From contig CM068743.1 of the NCBI GenBank assembly GCA_035084275.1, forward strand, positions 37,510,001 through 37,574,000: DNA of 64,000 nt, written 5' to 3'. A program made the position numbers and the translations under genes. The notes beneath the pieces are model-generated. The model saw only the letters and a program-made list of their open reading frames with translations. It made no database searches and had not been told where the DNA came from. This stretch comes from Hydrolagus colliei (taxonomy: Eukaryota). The first letter of the stretch is position 1, and each line of letters opens with the position of its first letter. Positions 12,954 to 26,202 of the stretch are shown here, piece after piece.

Positions 12954-14402
12954 CCAGGTACTAGACGAGATTTTTCTCCTCTTAAACATAGAAATATATA
13001 TATCCACCATAACAACTCAATTCCTAAAATTGAAAGAGCAAAAAGCTACTTGTCCTGAGATAAATGATCAACTATAAAAAAGGTAATATTGCTTGAATTA
13101 ACATTACATAGTGCAGATACTCTCAATTTAGAGCTTGATATCTCTAAACACACCAATGCTCTTTTTTGAACTGTTTCCTACAATTTTATATTGTTTTGAT
13201 GGTCACAATTAGAACAGTATTCTACATGAGGCTGCAATGAAGTCTTTCCACCCATGTCAAATGTCAATGATGTTACCCAGTATTTCACAGGTTTAATAAC
13301 TGTTCATTACTAACAGGAAACATAAAAAGGCAATAATGGGGCCATTCAGACCTTTGAGCATTTTCCACCAGTTTAGCAGACCTTGACGGGGGGGGAGGGG
13401 CGAATGTCCAAACTTTTGCTGAGGGCCAGGTTTTGGATTTAAGAAATGTCCGCAAGGCTACAAAAGCAATATAGGCAGACCTCGCTTAACCTTGCTTCTG
13501 TCACCATTGTTTTGTTATTACGTTGCTGATACATAGGGAAATATATATTCATTCAACATCGCGTTTTTCCCTATTACGTCGTTGCGCGAGTGGAATCAAA
13601 TGACTTTGGGTAGCGTAAGCGTATATAGATCTCAAATGTCCGATATTCTTGCGCGGGTTTGCATAATGTTTCGCTTAAAGTCATACTTTTCGCAAACACA
13701 ACTACGACATTAAGCGATGACTAAGTTTGTTTGCTATCCTGTTTGTTCAGTCCTGTTGCCAGGCAGAGCCTGAGCCCCAGTCCCCACCACCCCCCCATAA
13801 CTGTCTGCTAATTGGCTCAGGGCGTGCCTGATGCCTGTATTTACCCATTGGACTCTGAAATTGGGAATGGCTCGTGGGCCAGATGCAGTCCGGGGGCCAC
13901 CAGTTGGAGCATACTGACCTTTCCAAATCTTTTCATCCCAATGCCCCACCTTTTCGCCATAACTTTACCACCCAAGTATCTGTCTTGCTGTCAAATATTC
14001 TTGTGGATTGCTTCTCTACAGCTTTGCAGTGTAGAGCATTCCACATCTTGGCAACCCTCCGAGTGAAGAAACACTGCCTCAGTTCTAATGAGCTAATCTT
14101 TGTTCTGATTTCAAGGCACTACATGTGGCTTGTAATAGAAGCATTGAGTAAATGACAATCACCTACAACCTTATTAGCTTTGCTCACGCAATTCAGCAGC
14201 CACCTATTCCTCAAGACAAACCACAAGAAATTATTTCAGCAGTTTTCCGCAGTCTCTATTTTATACTGTGAGTTGTAACTAACAAAGAACAGGTGGCATT
14301 TTTTAAAAAATTACGTTTGTAGAAATTCCTTGACAGAATTTCTGTAATATATTATTAAATCAAATTGGCACACCCAAAACCTTAATAATAAACAAGCTTT
14401 AC

Positions 14403-14513
14403 CTGTTGTGCATCTGCCTCAGATTCAAATGTGATAAACCAGTTGTCATTGTAGGCAAACTCGCAGCTCATGAACTTTGGAAAATTTTCGCCTTTGAACA
14501 GTGCTTCTACCTC
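14403..14513 (-). CDS. LARP4B: LARP4B coding exon [37 protein letters not shown] (RRM)
   Basis: tttcag acceptor, CAG|GTAAAG donor, 111 nt. Confidence 0.97.
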
Positions 14514-14829
14514 CTGAAAATAAATAAGTGTTAAATTAAATTAATGCTGAAAACAAGTTCCAAATAAGCAACATTTATTTGAGCCTTTTGAAATAATGGA
14601 TGGATTTCTCCTTCTCTAAAGGAAAATAGAAATACTAATTCCTGGCTATTTTCAGAATTGCATTGGTGATCCTTCAAATTATAAAATGCAGCTCTAAAAA
14701 GGTGGCTGATCCCTCCAATTTTCCCTCCATGGAGAAAAAAGACCTTCACTTTGTATGTTGAGATCGGGAACTCATTCAAGGGTGGATTGGGGCACAACAT
14801 CTGCCTTTACATGGAGCTCCTGTATCTGT

Positions 14830-15155
14830 GGAGTCCTGTAGCTCAGTGGTTAGAGCACTCGCTTTACAAGCATGAGACCTGTGTTCAAATCCAGACAGAT
14901 CAGGGCGAAATTTTGGGCAAGTTTCCTTGCTCTACACGCCTAATAATAATTCCTCCAAAAAAAACCCCACAATAATAAAAATTGGTCATTTTCAATCCAC
15001 GATTATTTGTGGGACACTGCTCTGCGCAATTGGCTGCCGCGTTTCGCCCAGAAACATACAGTCAATTCACTTTACAGTGTATTCTGTGAAGCGCTTTGAC
15101 ACATCGACAAGATGCGAAAAGGCTATATCAAATGCAAGGATTATTATTATTATTA
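14830..15155 (+). mobile_element. tRNA-derived SINE
   Basis: Full head, body and tail. Confidence 0.9.
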
Positions 15156-15369
15156 TAAGCATTGAAGGCCCCAACGTACTGTACCAGCATTGCCACATTT
15201 TAAACTATGATACGACAGCTATAGAGGTTGCTATTTTCTTTCTTCTCAACTAGCAGTAAACTGAAGGCCACAAACAAGCAAAAACATTTTACAATTAACA
15301 GATGTACCTGGGAGAGGGAGAAAACATATAATCTAAAATATGAATCAGTTCAATAAGGTAAAATAAATA

Positions 15370-16925
15370 CCGTAAATCTCTGCGTATAAGGCGCACTCGC
15401 GGATAAGGAGCACACCCCACCTTTGACCACTTTTTGGCGAAAAAAAAGTGTTTTGCTATTTTTGCTATCATTTTCATGTTACTCTTTCTTGTTATTTGGT
15501 GGCCCTGAAAAGGGCCGTTGGTGTGTAAAGCTGTTATGCTAAAAACCCAGGAAATCCTCGTCGTCGGTCGCCTCGTAGAATACTGCGCGAAGTTCCTCGT
15601 CTGAATCTGCATACAGAAGGTCGGCGTCGCTGTTGTCGCTCTGGATGTGCTAGGTGAGTTGTCTTCCATCGTCTTCCATGCCACCCGAGCTGTCGGATAT
15701 ACACACTTCAGGAAACCGCGTCTGATGATCTCTGCTGGCAGCTCATCCCAGACTTTTAGTATCCAAGAGCAGATGGTTGGGAGATCTACCTTCCGCATCC
15801 GTCCCCCAGCCGTGTACGTCTTCTCCCACTGCAACATCCAGTCCGCCCAGCACCTCCGCAGGCCATCCTTGAAGGGCTTGTTCACCGCGACATCAAGAGG
15901 CTGGAGAAGCGATGTAATTCCGCCGGGGATCATCACGAGATTGGTCTTGGATTTCCGCAGGGTCGCCTTTGTGTGGTCCGACTTGTGATAGCGGAAGGAT
16001 TCGAGGATGAGAAGGCTTCTGCGCCTCCTCTTCGCCTCTCCTAGACGCAATGGAGCCAGTCATTGACGAGGTCGTCGTCCATCCAGCCCTTTGGGTGAAC
16101 CCTCACGAAGACGTCGGGCGGGAACCTCTGTTTGGGAAGAGTCTTCCGCTTAAAGATGACGTACGGTGGCAGCTTTTCTCCATCGGCGGTGCAGCCCATC
16201 ATTACTGTGAAGCAGTCCTTCTCGTGACCAGTCGCCGTGATGCTCATGCTCTTTGACCCTTTAGCCGCTATGGTGACGCTCCGGGGGACATCGAAGGTGA
16301 GTGGCGTCTGGTCTGCGAAGCCGATCCTGGTGAGCAGGTAGTCGTACTGGCGGCGCAGCTTGATAACGTACTTCTGGAAGCTGGTCGTCTTTTCCTCCAA
16401 GTCAGCAGGCATGTGCTGGGCGATATGCATACGTCGGCGGATGGATAGCCCGTGCCGAGACATAAAAAGCTAGCCTTGAAATCGACGATTCCCGCCCTGT
16501 CAGCGATGGTCCTGGCTTTGAGTCGAAGCGCTATCGTTGAAATTGCATGTCCCTCAAGCTGTTTCTCATGAACCCAGGCGCTGAACTCCACCTCCAGTTC
16601 AGGCCACTTGGCTGTACCTCTCCGTAGCGCCTTCTTTTGCTTGGGCATCTCCTCCAGAGAAGACTGCATTGAACGCCATTGGCGAACGTTGGATTCAGCG
16701 ATGCCGAATCTCCTGCCAGCCTCCCGGTTCCCAGCCTCTTCAGCATATTTGCAGACGGAGAGCTTGAACAAAGCGGCGAAAGCACGTCGAGACATCTCTC
16801 ATCTGCTACCGGTACTTTGAATTTTCGATGCTCAAAATTTCTTGTATCTGCGTATAGGACACCCCACCACCCTTTGAGAATTTTCGACGTGAAAAAAAGT
16901 GCGCCTTATACACGGAGATTTACGG
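15370..16925 (-). mobile_element. pogo-family (Tc1/mariner superfamily) DNA transposon, near complete, frameshifted POGK-like transposase
   Basis: 28-bp TIRs CCGTAAATCTC(T/C)G(C/T)GTATAAGGCGCACT with 2 mismatches; TA TSD at both ends; ORF pieces resemble Brinker-type DBD, CENP-B HTH and DDE_1 (ADQTP, KLPPYVIFK, GWMD, LQPLDVAVNKPFK). Confidence 0.93.
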
Positions 16926-18554
16926 TACTTCACTTTACAATGGAAAATAGCAATTTTTTAAAAATTCTAGATTTGGATGAAAGGTGACAAAATCATAATG
17001 ATAACTTCTCCTATTCAAGGTATTTGCTTAAAAGTTGCCAGAAACCAAAGCATCGAAACAAAATTTCACCAACGTAGGAATTTTGCCTTGGTTAGTTCCG
17101 GTTATCAGAAACAGATTCTTTTTTCCCCATTTGTATCTTCTCCCATCGAATATCTTTTTTGGGGGGGATAAAACTAGCCTTGTTATATATGATTCATCTT
17201 TCATTCTTTTTTTTCTGTTCTATTACATTTCCAAATTACCCCACCATCTTTAAAAACAAAAATCTGCTGAAAACTCGGCAGTATCACAACATCATTATAA
17301 CAGGTCAATCGGCCCTTATGTCCCGAAAATCTGGAACACTCTCCCTCAATCCCGCCACCTTGCCCCCTATCTCTCCCTTTTCAAGTCCCATCTGAAAACT
17401 TTGTTTTCGACCATGCTTACAACACCCACCCGCCCCCCAGCTCGGAATCAGGCTCTGCCACTATTAAGTGTTCTGAGGTGCTATATCGCCTGACGGGCAC
17501 TATATAAGTGCAAGTTGTTCGAAGCACTCTGAGACTCCTTCCGGCGTGGAGGGCACTATATAAATTGAAGTTGTTGTTGTTGCACTTCACATTTTCTGTT
17601 TCGTCAGGCAACGTAGATTTCAACGAGAAGCCTCGTAATAGTTAAAATGAAATCCTGCTTCCCTACCGCCTAATTCCTTTATACCGAGGTACTACGGAGA
17701 TTTCAATAGCAAGCAAATGATGCTACCACAGTAGTGCTTTGAAAGTCAATGTTTTACAGTGCTGAAACGCAAGGGATAGTTTTCTTCTTTTCAATTTTTT
17801 AAAATTATGATTAACAAACAAAATCCAAACAGGAATGTTGATACATTAAATGGAACAATACACTGAATATTGATTTGGGGGTGAGCATGTCGAACTGAGA
17901 ATTCACTCCCTTATCAGCAGACGGCCATCATAACCTGAGGCTGATTAAGCATAAATTATGGATACTATTCAATATCCCTAAGGAATCATATCACTAACCA
18001 ATCCAAGTCCGGAAGCCATCACCATTTCAAATTTAGATAAAACGTAAATTGACACAATACCATGTACACTTATATATAACGCGTTTCATGTCAGGAAGCA
18101 TCCCATAGAGGCATTTTGAAATACTTACATTAATACTTCCACCAACCAGGGTGATTACCTGGCTTCGGGTTTTGATATTTGAGATGACTGCACTGTACTC
18201 AAGATAATAATAATCCTTACATTTGATATAGCAGAGCTGCCAACATTTTTTAACAAAAAAAGTACTTCTGAAAGCTAAAAACAGTATGTTGTAGTTAAAA
18301 AAATGATTTTTCCCAGAAACTACCACTACTTAACGAAACAATTACAGAGCGAAAAGATCCCAAGTAAAATGGGGCTTCAAAATCCCCTGTGTGGCAAAAA
18401 TTGCATTAAGCGGGAGGCCCATACTGTGTTTCCGTATATGAAAGAAATTGTTCCCAGTAATGCCTTGTGCCTAGCCTAGCGCCCAGCGCTAACATTTACA
18501 GTGTATCAGCAACAGCATAAGGAGGTAGCACTGCTATTGAAGGCAGGGAGAGAG

Positions 18555-18770
18555 TTAAAGAGACTGAGACAGAGAGACTGTGAGTGAGATTGTGACAGCC
18601 AGAGATTCAAACAGAGAGAGAGAGAGAGAGAGAGGGACAGAGAGAGACAGAAAGTGCGCGACCCAGACAGACAGAAAGAGGGAAGAGACACGGAAAGAAA
18701 CACAGAGAGAGAGAGACACACACACAGAGGGAGACTGAGACAGAGAGAAGGAGAGACAGACAGACAGAGC
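18555..18770. repeat. (GA)/(GACA) compound microsatellite
   Basis: Read directly. Confidence 0.9.
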
Positions 18771-20351
18771 ATGGAATTTCCAAAATTCGGATTTTCCAAA
18801 AAACATATTTTAACAAGAAAAATTGTACTGCCGTATTTACTTCAATTTACAGTACTAGATACGGCAAAAACCTACTGGTTGGCAGCTCTGATATAGCTCT
18901 TTTCACGTCTTCTAGACGTATTAAAAGCGCTTCACAGAATATACTGTGAAGTCAATTGACTGTATATCTTAAGATGTTAGTTTAAGTAATGCCACCAACT
19001 TAAAGAAATGCTACAGATTTACCATGAGGTAACGCGGTGTCTGTAGGTGAGATTTAAACCAGTTCAACCAAACTGCCTTTTCATATAAATCTCCACTACA
19101 GCCTAATCGTTGAAGAATATGCCTTAAGCAATACAGTTTTTCATTGAGGATGATTTTGTAGGAAGATGATGTTTAACAAGCTTAACAGGATCAATATGTA
19201 TCCCAGGATGCAATGCTGTTCAAAGCAAGCTTCAAATGAAGCAAAACACAGGGACAAAAACCTGAAGTGTGGAGACCAACACTGAAGAATTAAAGGGATG
19301 ATTGACACAATCGGTCATAATAATCCTTGCATTTGATGTAACGCCTTCTCAAGTCTTCGAGACTGTAAAGTGAATGGATGGTATATTTTTGTGAAATAAA
19401 ATGTTTGCCAGTTGAAGGATTCTGGCTAGAGCTAACAATGATAACGTAATGAAGAAATCAGGATCTGATTAAAATTGAATCCCGAGTAACAACAAATTGC
19501 ATTTACAGAGCTATGTCCCAAGATTCTGGACACTCACTTTTAAAGCCCTCCAGGGTCATGCTCTCTTGTCAACGTCTGCATTCTATGAACATCACAATAA
19601 ACTATCCATTCTGCCTGCTCAGCAGGCACTGGCCAATTTGCACCCAGCAGGAATTTTGTAAATAATGGCCAAATCTGACTAAATACTAAACAGGCTAAAC
19701 ATTTCCAAGGAAAGGTACATGTTACAACTCAGTGCTAATGTGAGAGAAACAGCTTGACGGTCTAATGGGAGAGCAAAGGGATTATTAACCCGAAACAATA
19801 ATATCAAATAGACCCAAATGCCTGTTTGATCCCAAATTTTTTTGTGACTATGAAAATACAATGGTGAATGATGGCTCAATTCACGTTTCTACCAACTGAA
19901 TCAATTGGGGGGGAATGGAGGAGAGGTAAGGAGAAATTAAAGTATAGATTCTACATTCCCAAACAAATGCAGCCATACAGAATAACAGCTGCATTTTTCC
20001 AGAATTAGATTAACTTTGTTGTATATTGTTGTTGCCTTTTGCACACCCTAAGGACCCCAGAACAAGCACATTAATTGTTCTACTTGTTGCTTGGCAAATA
20101 ACAATAATAATCCTTGCATTCAATATAGCGCTTTTCACATCTTCTGTAATTGACTGTATGTGGATGAAACGCTGCAACCATTTGCACACAGCAGTGTCCA
20201 ACAAATAATCATGCATTGACATGATCAATTTATCATTGTTTTTTTTAACGGATTATTATCAGGCGTGTGGAGTAAGGCAATATTATTATTATTATCGTAC
20301 CAATTTCTGGACGCGAATATTCGTGTGTTCAACTCATTGCTCAAATCTTAC

Positions 20352-20455
20352 CTCGATCGGTGTCGATTCCGGTACCTCTCGTAAAATTACGATGCAGCGA
20401 TTCTGATTAGGTCTGACCTTTTCTCCCTTCTCATCCACTTGAACCAAAGGCAATG
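20352..20455 (-). CDS. LARP4B: LARP4B coding exon (S)[34 protein letters not shown] (La motif/RRM junction)
   Basis: ttatag acceptor, GAG|GTAAGA donor, 104 nt, phase 1 to 0. Confidence 0.97.
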
Positions 20456-20552
20456 CTATAAACAATGAGACTTTTGGTAAGCAACATTTTTTAAATTTAT
20501 TAAACAAAACACACAAGAGGAAAACAAGCTTGTCGCATTCGAACACACTTAC

Positions 20553-20689
20553 ATTTCAAAACGTCGACAATCAGGTCCATATCCGTACTCAGTTTCTTCA
20601 CATGGTCGAGGTTTGCTACTGTCAGTATTGGCACATACTGGTCGCTGTCCATTTGGGATACGAGGTACATATCGCTGGCCAGATTTTCT
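20553..20689 (-). CDS. LARP4B: LARP4B coding exon [45 protein letters not shown] (La motif)
   Basis: ttgcag acceptor, T|GTAAGT donor, 137 nt, phase 2 to 1; followed by a 97-nt intron. Confidence 0.97.
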
Positions 20690-21293
20690 CTGCAAAACGC
20701 AAAGTAGATTCATCAATACAACGACAATCATCAACACTGGCTCTCAACTTCATTGCGAGGCTCTGTATTAGTTGAGCATCAGCTCTTTAGGTATGTTCTT
20801 AGTTTGACATCGCTCCACATATTGCCCAATGAGTCGACGACATACCAAGGATTGTTTCCTTCATTAAAACCAAATAAAAAACATGGTGCACAGAGCATCC
20901 CTCCAATCCAAATGAGTGTTTGGCATGTAGGAATGTAACCACTGTTTCTAACAGTTGTGAACACACACAGTATTACCCTTCAATTAAAATTTGAATTGAA
21001 AAGATCATTGTGCCAATCAATAAAATAAATTGCGTCTAATGTCAGATATGGAAATGCAGGCGTATAGGTCATTGAAAGTGGTCTTGCCAGGTGACATGGC
21101 TGTGAATAAGGCAAATAGTATCCATAATAGTTTTATACAGAGGTTAAGAGAACAGAGGGACAGAAATTATGCTATATTAGTGTAAATCATTGGTTAGGCT
21201 GTAACTCGAGTATTCTGCGTCCAGTTCCAAGCACTTGACTTCAGGAAAGATTTTAAGGTCTTTGAGCAGGTGCAGAGGAGGTTCATGCGAATG

Positions 21294-21625
21294 ATAATAA
21301 TAATCCTTGCATTTGATGTAGCGTCTTGTCACGTCGAGACATCTCAAAGCATTTCACAGAATAGGTGAAATGCCGCAGCCAATTACACACAGCAATGTCC
21401 CACAAATAATCGTTGATCGAGTGACCAATTTTTATTTATTTTTTGAGGGGTTTATTACCCCCAGAAAAATGATCTACCTATTAACAACCAGATACCTACT
21501 TATTGCTAGGTAAACAGAAGCGTGTGAAATAAGGAAACTTGTCCAATGTTTCGCCCTGCCGGGAATTGAACCCAGGACCTCTCGCTTGCAAGGTAAATGT
21601 TCTAACCATTGAGCTACAGGAATCC
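21294..21625 (-). mobile_element. tRNA-derived SINE inserted in a decayed CR1 (about 21030-22040)
   Basis: CR1-like sequence (..VQRRFMRM) before the SINE resumes after it (ERLEKLDLYTLEQRRLMGDLIEV). Confidence 0.8.
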
Positions 21626-22395
21626 AGGGATGCTAAAAAATTAAGTGCTACAGTAATGATCGAGAGGTTAGAGAAGCTGGACCTGTACACATTGGAGCAG
21701 AGAAGGTTGATGGGAGACTTGATTGAGGTACACAAAATAATGAGGGCTTTTATCTGGATAAATAGAAGTTATCTTGTTGAATAGATAGAATATCTCGTTG
21801 AATCGATAAATAGAAGTTATCTCGGAGTCAATAACTTGGGACTATAGTTACAGGATAGATGCACAGTCACAAAAAGATCAAAAAGGAGAATTTAGGAGGA
21901 TTTGTTTTTCAACCATATGGTAGCAATGTAGAACGTCCTGTCCTGGAGGGTGGTGGAGGCAGAATCCATTGTAACTTTAAACGGGAAGTAGTATAGGCAT
22001 GTGAAAAACGTGGCTTGAAGAGTGAAGGGGATGTGCATGTTTTGGTATTGAAGTGATCTTAATAATAATCTGTCCAAAAAAAAACACAATAATAAAAATT
22101 GATCCATTTTCAATCCACGACTGTTTGTGGGGACACTGCTGTGTGCAATTGGCTGCCGGGTGTCGCCCACAAATATACAGTCAATTCACTTTACAGTATA
22201 ATACATGAAGCGCTTTGAGACATCAATAAGATGTGAAAAGTGCCAGATCAATTGCAAGGATTATTATTATTATTATTATCTTCCTGTGAAACCAATTAGC
22301 CTCCATTATGCACTGTGCTAAGTTTGTAACCCAATGTGGAAATAAGTTACCAAAAAATGTGTCACAGCATTCAGAAAACTATCATTATGATTTAC

Positions 22396-22489
22396 CGAGA
22401 CAAACAGAATTCCAATGTCTTTTTCAGCAATTCTCGAAGATCTTCATGGCCAACAGTCTGCTGTTCCAAAGAAGTCTGATCACCTCCTC
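22396..22489 (-). CDS. LARP4B: LARP4B coding exon GGDQTSLEQQTVGHEDLRELLKKTLEFCLS (start of La motif)
   Basis: tgttag acceptor, CG|GTAAAT donor, 94 nt, phase 1 to 2. Confidence 0.95.
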
Positions 22490-23428
22490 CTAACAGATAC
22501 AAAAGAAAAACAAATCATTTAGGCAGGAAAAACAGACAGCCAGTTTTCATATATCAACGCAATGCAACACATTATCCCCTTTCAAGTACATAAACAATAA
22601 TTATTATTATTCCAGTGTTGATTTTAAATCCATGACTTTGAATAAAGATGTAATTCCCCGTTCTAAATTTTATATTGCTTACGATAGACAAACTGGACAA
22701 AAAATAGGCCAGGTGCTGGCAATTAAAATTGTTTTAAGAGATTATTTTTTGGATTTGTATCTGAAAGCCAAACGGACCTTTAAGAATTTTAAACGGTCAA
22801 TATTGATTGCCACAGTAATTCTCCCAGCTCATTATCCTGAAGGCTGACAGGCCAATGTACTCAGATGAAATGCCAGCAACATGGCTAAGTAATTGAGTTG
22901 GTTAGAGCAAATGTGAACCGTAAAGGTATAACATTGGAATGGTGTGAAAACTGAGTACACATCCAAGATAATGTCTTAAGTTATCTTCTGTGCCAAATAA
23001 AGTGATATCCTATGGCAGGGAGGTGGTGGAGGGGAGGGTATAGAGAAATGAGGTGAGAGGGTAACAGATGTGCTTGGCAATGGGACTGTCAGAATCAAGA
23101 CCACCCAGTCTGGCTTATCAGTGAGACTTGGACTCAATACACACACTCTTCCCACTCAACTCCAATTTGCCTTTCAAGCGAAACCCTGCACAGATGGAAT
23201 GGTTCCAGTTAAGGACATCTAATGGGAATCCTGCCAGACAGTGCTCTCAATGGCAAACTATGCAGTTTTAGTTGGTGGAACCTGAGCAAATCTCTCAACA
23301 CTTTATGACTCTCACCAACCTGAACCTAATGCTCGCCGGAATGAAGCAAACAGGGAACATGTGTGCTTTCCACTCCAGAGAGTGAAAATTTCACACGTAG
23401 GTGGCATACACCTACATATGGAATCATG

Positions 23429-23715
23429 GGAGTCCTGTGGCTCTGCAGTTAGAGCACTCGCCTTGCAAGCGAGAGAACTGGGTTCGATTCAGGGCAGGGC
23501 GAAACCGTGAGCAAGTTTCCTTACTCCACATGCCTGATAATAATCCCTTGAAAAAGAACAATAAATTGGCCATTTCAACCCACGACTGCACAATTGGCTG
23601 CTGCGTTTCGCCCATAAATGGTCAATTTACTTTACAGTTTATTCTGTGAAATGCTGTGAGACGTCTAGAAGACGTGAAAAGCACTACAGTATATCAAATG
23701 CAAGGATTATTATTA
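23429..23715 (+). mobile_element. tRNA-derived SINE
   Basis: Head GGAGTCCTGTGGCTC..GGTTCGATTC; family tail. Confidence 0.86.
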
Positions 23716-23890
23716 TACATATGTGGGACTCAGGTTGGATTGGATACCCTTAAGCAGGGTGATTATTTCCACTGGTATACACGGTTGGCCACAAAATGTC
23801 AAAGGTACAACAACCCATAAAATAACAATTAGATTTACTTGTATCAACAACCAACAAGAAAAGCCTAGTTATATTGGATGGTGGATTTAA

Positions 23891-24175
23891 GGTGGCAAGT
23901 GGGGTAAAACATTGTTTTCATGTCAAAGTGTATTTTGAACTATATACTTTCAGAAATAAAACTTATTTTCAAACAAATATAGGGAATGTGACATATCAAA
24001 TAAGCACTTCCGGCTTATTTTATTGTTGAATTCTTATTCTTTACCCTATATTTCTTTGGAAATAAGTTTATTTCACCAATCAAAACAGTTTATTTCTGAA
24101 AGTATATAGTTCAAAGTACACTTTGACATGCAAAAAATATTTTTATTTTTTTTATTTTTTACCCCACTTGCCACC
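23891..24175. mobile_element. Palindromic MITE with TTAA flanks (Kolobok-like termini)
   Basis: TTAA-GGTGGCAAGTGGGGTAAAA...TTTTACCCCACTTGCCACC-TTAA; internal arms (CATGTCAAAGTGTA..GAACTATATACTTTCAGAAATAAA) are also inverted. Confidence 0.8.
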
Positions 24176-25529
24176 TTAAAACGATACTCAAAATAAGTCT
24201 GCTTCCTTATTTAATCAGATTTCACTTTTTTGGCAATTTTTTGGAAAAAGTTTGCCTGACATACAAATAGAGGAACAAAGCAAACAAAAAGCACCAAACC
24301 CACAAATTTTCTAAAAACGCTAAGTTAGTGATTCATTCTGGAATGACTAACCGCAAAGCCTTATTTTTCCAATTAATGTGTACACTTCAAAATACTTCAC
24401 AAAACATGTAACTGACATCAAATTTCAGTTAATTGCACAACTGAAAATTGTGAATATTTTGAGAAAGACCGCAACTATTGTTTTCAGATTGTCTCTCTCT
24501 CTCCCTCCGCAAAATATCTCTGAAGACTGCACAAAGCAACAATGGTGTACTTTAATGGTGACATTTTGTTTGTTAATTGTAACCACAATACCATGGACAT
24601 AATGCTAGTCTTGCGTTCTAATTGATATCAAAAGGACGTTCCCATTGAAATTTAGGATACAGCTAGATTAACAGTATTACTCTCATTCATGCCAGGATCG
24701 ACTATGCTAATCTCCTGCTTGTTGGCTTTCCCAACTCCTCCCTCTATGGACTACAGATCATCCAGAACACTGCAGCCCGTGAACTCTCCCACGCCAAGCT
24801 CCATGCGCTCCAAGATGCCACCTGCCGTGGAAGGCACTATATAAATGCAAGTTGTTGTTGTCGTTGAACCTATCCACTCCACTTTCCCGACTCCACTGGC
24901 TTCCCATCATTCAGAAGTTTCAATTCAGGATCATGGTCCTCACCTTTAAAGCGCTTAATGGCGATGCCCAGCCCTACCTATGCGACCTCCTAACCCCTTA
25001 CCAATTCATTGTTTTGTAGATTCAGAACATTCACAACTCATTCATAATGAATATGTTTTCCAGTATTTGGGTTTAAATCTACTTTACTCTAAATTCTCTC
25101 CAGATGCTCAATCCTATTTTCTTATTTTACTTTCAAGCTTTCATTGTTTGGGATTGATTTTGTGGATCATTCAGCAGAAACTGCCTATATTTAAATGTCA
25201 CATGAGGAGAGAATGAGGCTCTGCCGTGATCTTTTTTCCACAGCTAAAACTGTCTCATCAATACCACTGTCCACACTCACACGTAGCACATCCATTTGAG
25301 TGAGGCAGGAACCAATTTCAATATTCTATATATTTCAATTATACGTCCTCCCCTCCTAACCTTCCCAGGGAGCAAATCTCACGTTTCTTCAATGTTACCT
25401 CATTCTCTGAACATATGGATGGCATGCATCAGACTTCTATTACTGCTTTGCGCAATTTTTTGTGAAGCATTTGTAGCTTGATGACTAAATTGTATTTGGT
25501 GAAATCTAGGCGACAGGGTCAAGATCTAC

Positions 25530-25694
25530 CTGTCTGCTTGGTTCCATGCATCGTCTCGTATTCTGAAAAATTAGAGTCAGGACATTGGAGTGTCACAACA
25601 TTCGGGTCTGGAGGCTCAGTGGGAGAAACTATCAAGTGGGGCTCCTGTGACGGTCTCTGGAAGGACTTGACAGCATCACCAATGGCCTCAAATC
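25530..25694 (-). CDS. LARP4B: LARP4B coding exon FEAIGDAVKSFQRPSQEPHLIVSPTEPPDPNVVTLQCPDSNFSEYETMHGTKQT
   Basis: tttcag acceptor, G|GTAGAT donor, 165 nt, phase 1-1 bridging the neighbouring exons; weak similarity (SEY) to the LARP4B N-terminal region. Confidence 0.8.
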
Positions 25695-25879
25695 CTGAAA
25701 TCACGTTGAAGTGCATTACAATTATAAAACTATATATTAATTATCTACTCATTATGCTACATTACTCCACAGATAACCCCAAAACAGTTCACAAACCAAG
25801 AAGTACGTACTTTGGCTCACTAAATGGGCAACTTCAGCCACCCCCCCACCCCTCCCCTATTCAAAAAATTGTGCCCTGT

Positions 25880-26202
25880 AACGTATTCATTAGTGCACTC
25901 GCTTGGAAGTGAGAGGATCTGGTTTCAATTCCCGGTCAGGGCAAAACATAGGGCAAGTTTCCTTACTTCACGCGCCTCTGTTTACTAACAGTAAGTAGGA
26001 ACCCAGTTATTAGACAATAGGTGGATCTCTTCTCTGGGGGTGATAATCCCTTAAAACAATACACACACCCACACACACATTTGGTCACTCTCACAAAATA
26101 TACAGTCAAAATACATTTTATAGAATATTTTATGAAGTGCTTTGAGACGTCTCAAAGACGTGATGAGGCGCTATTTCAAATGCAAGGATTATTATTGTTA
26201 TT
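25880..26202 (+). mobile_element. tRNA-derived SINE (older variant)
   Basis: GGGCAAGTTTCCTTACT body; family tail. Confidence 0.8.

Noticed and set aside
13390-13915. Possible old hAT element with a nested Tc1/mariner fragment
   Set aside because: Termini are degenerate and no TSD could be verified
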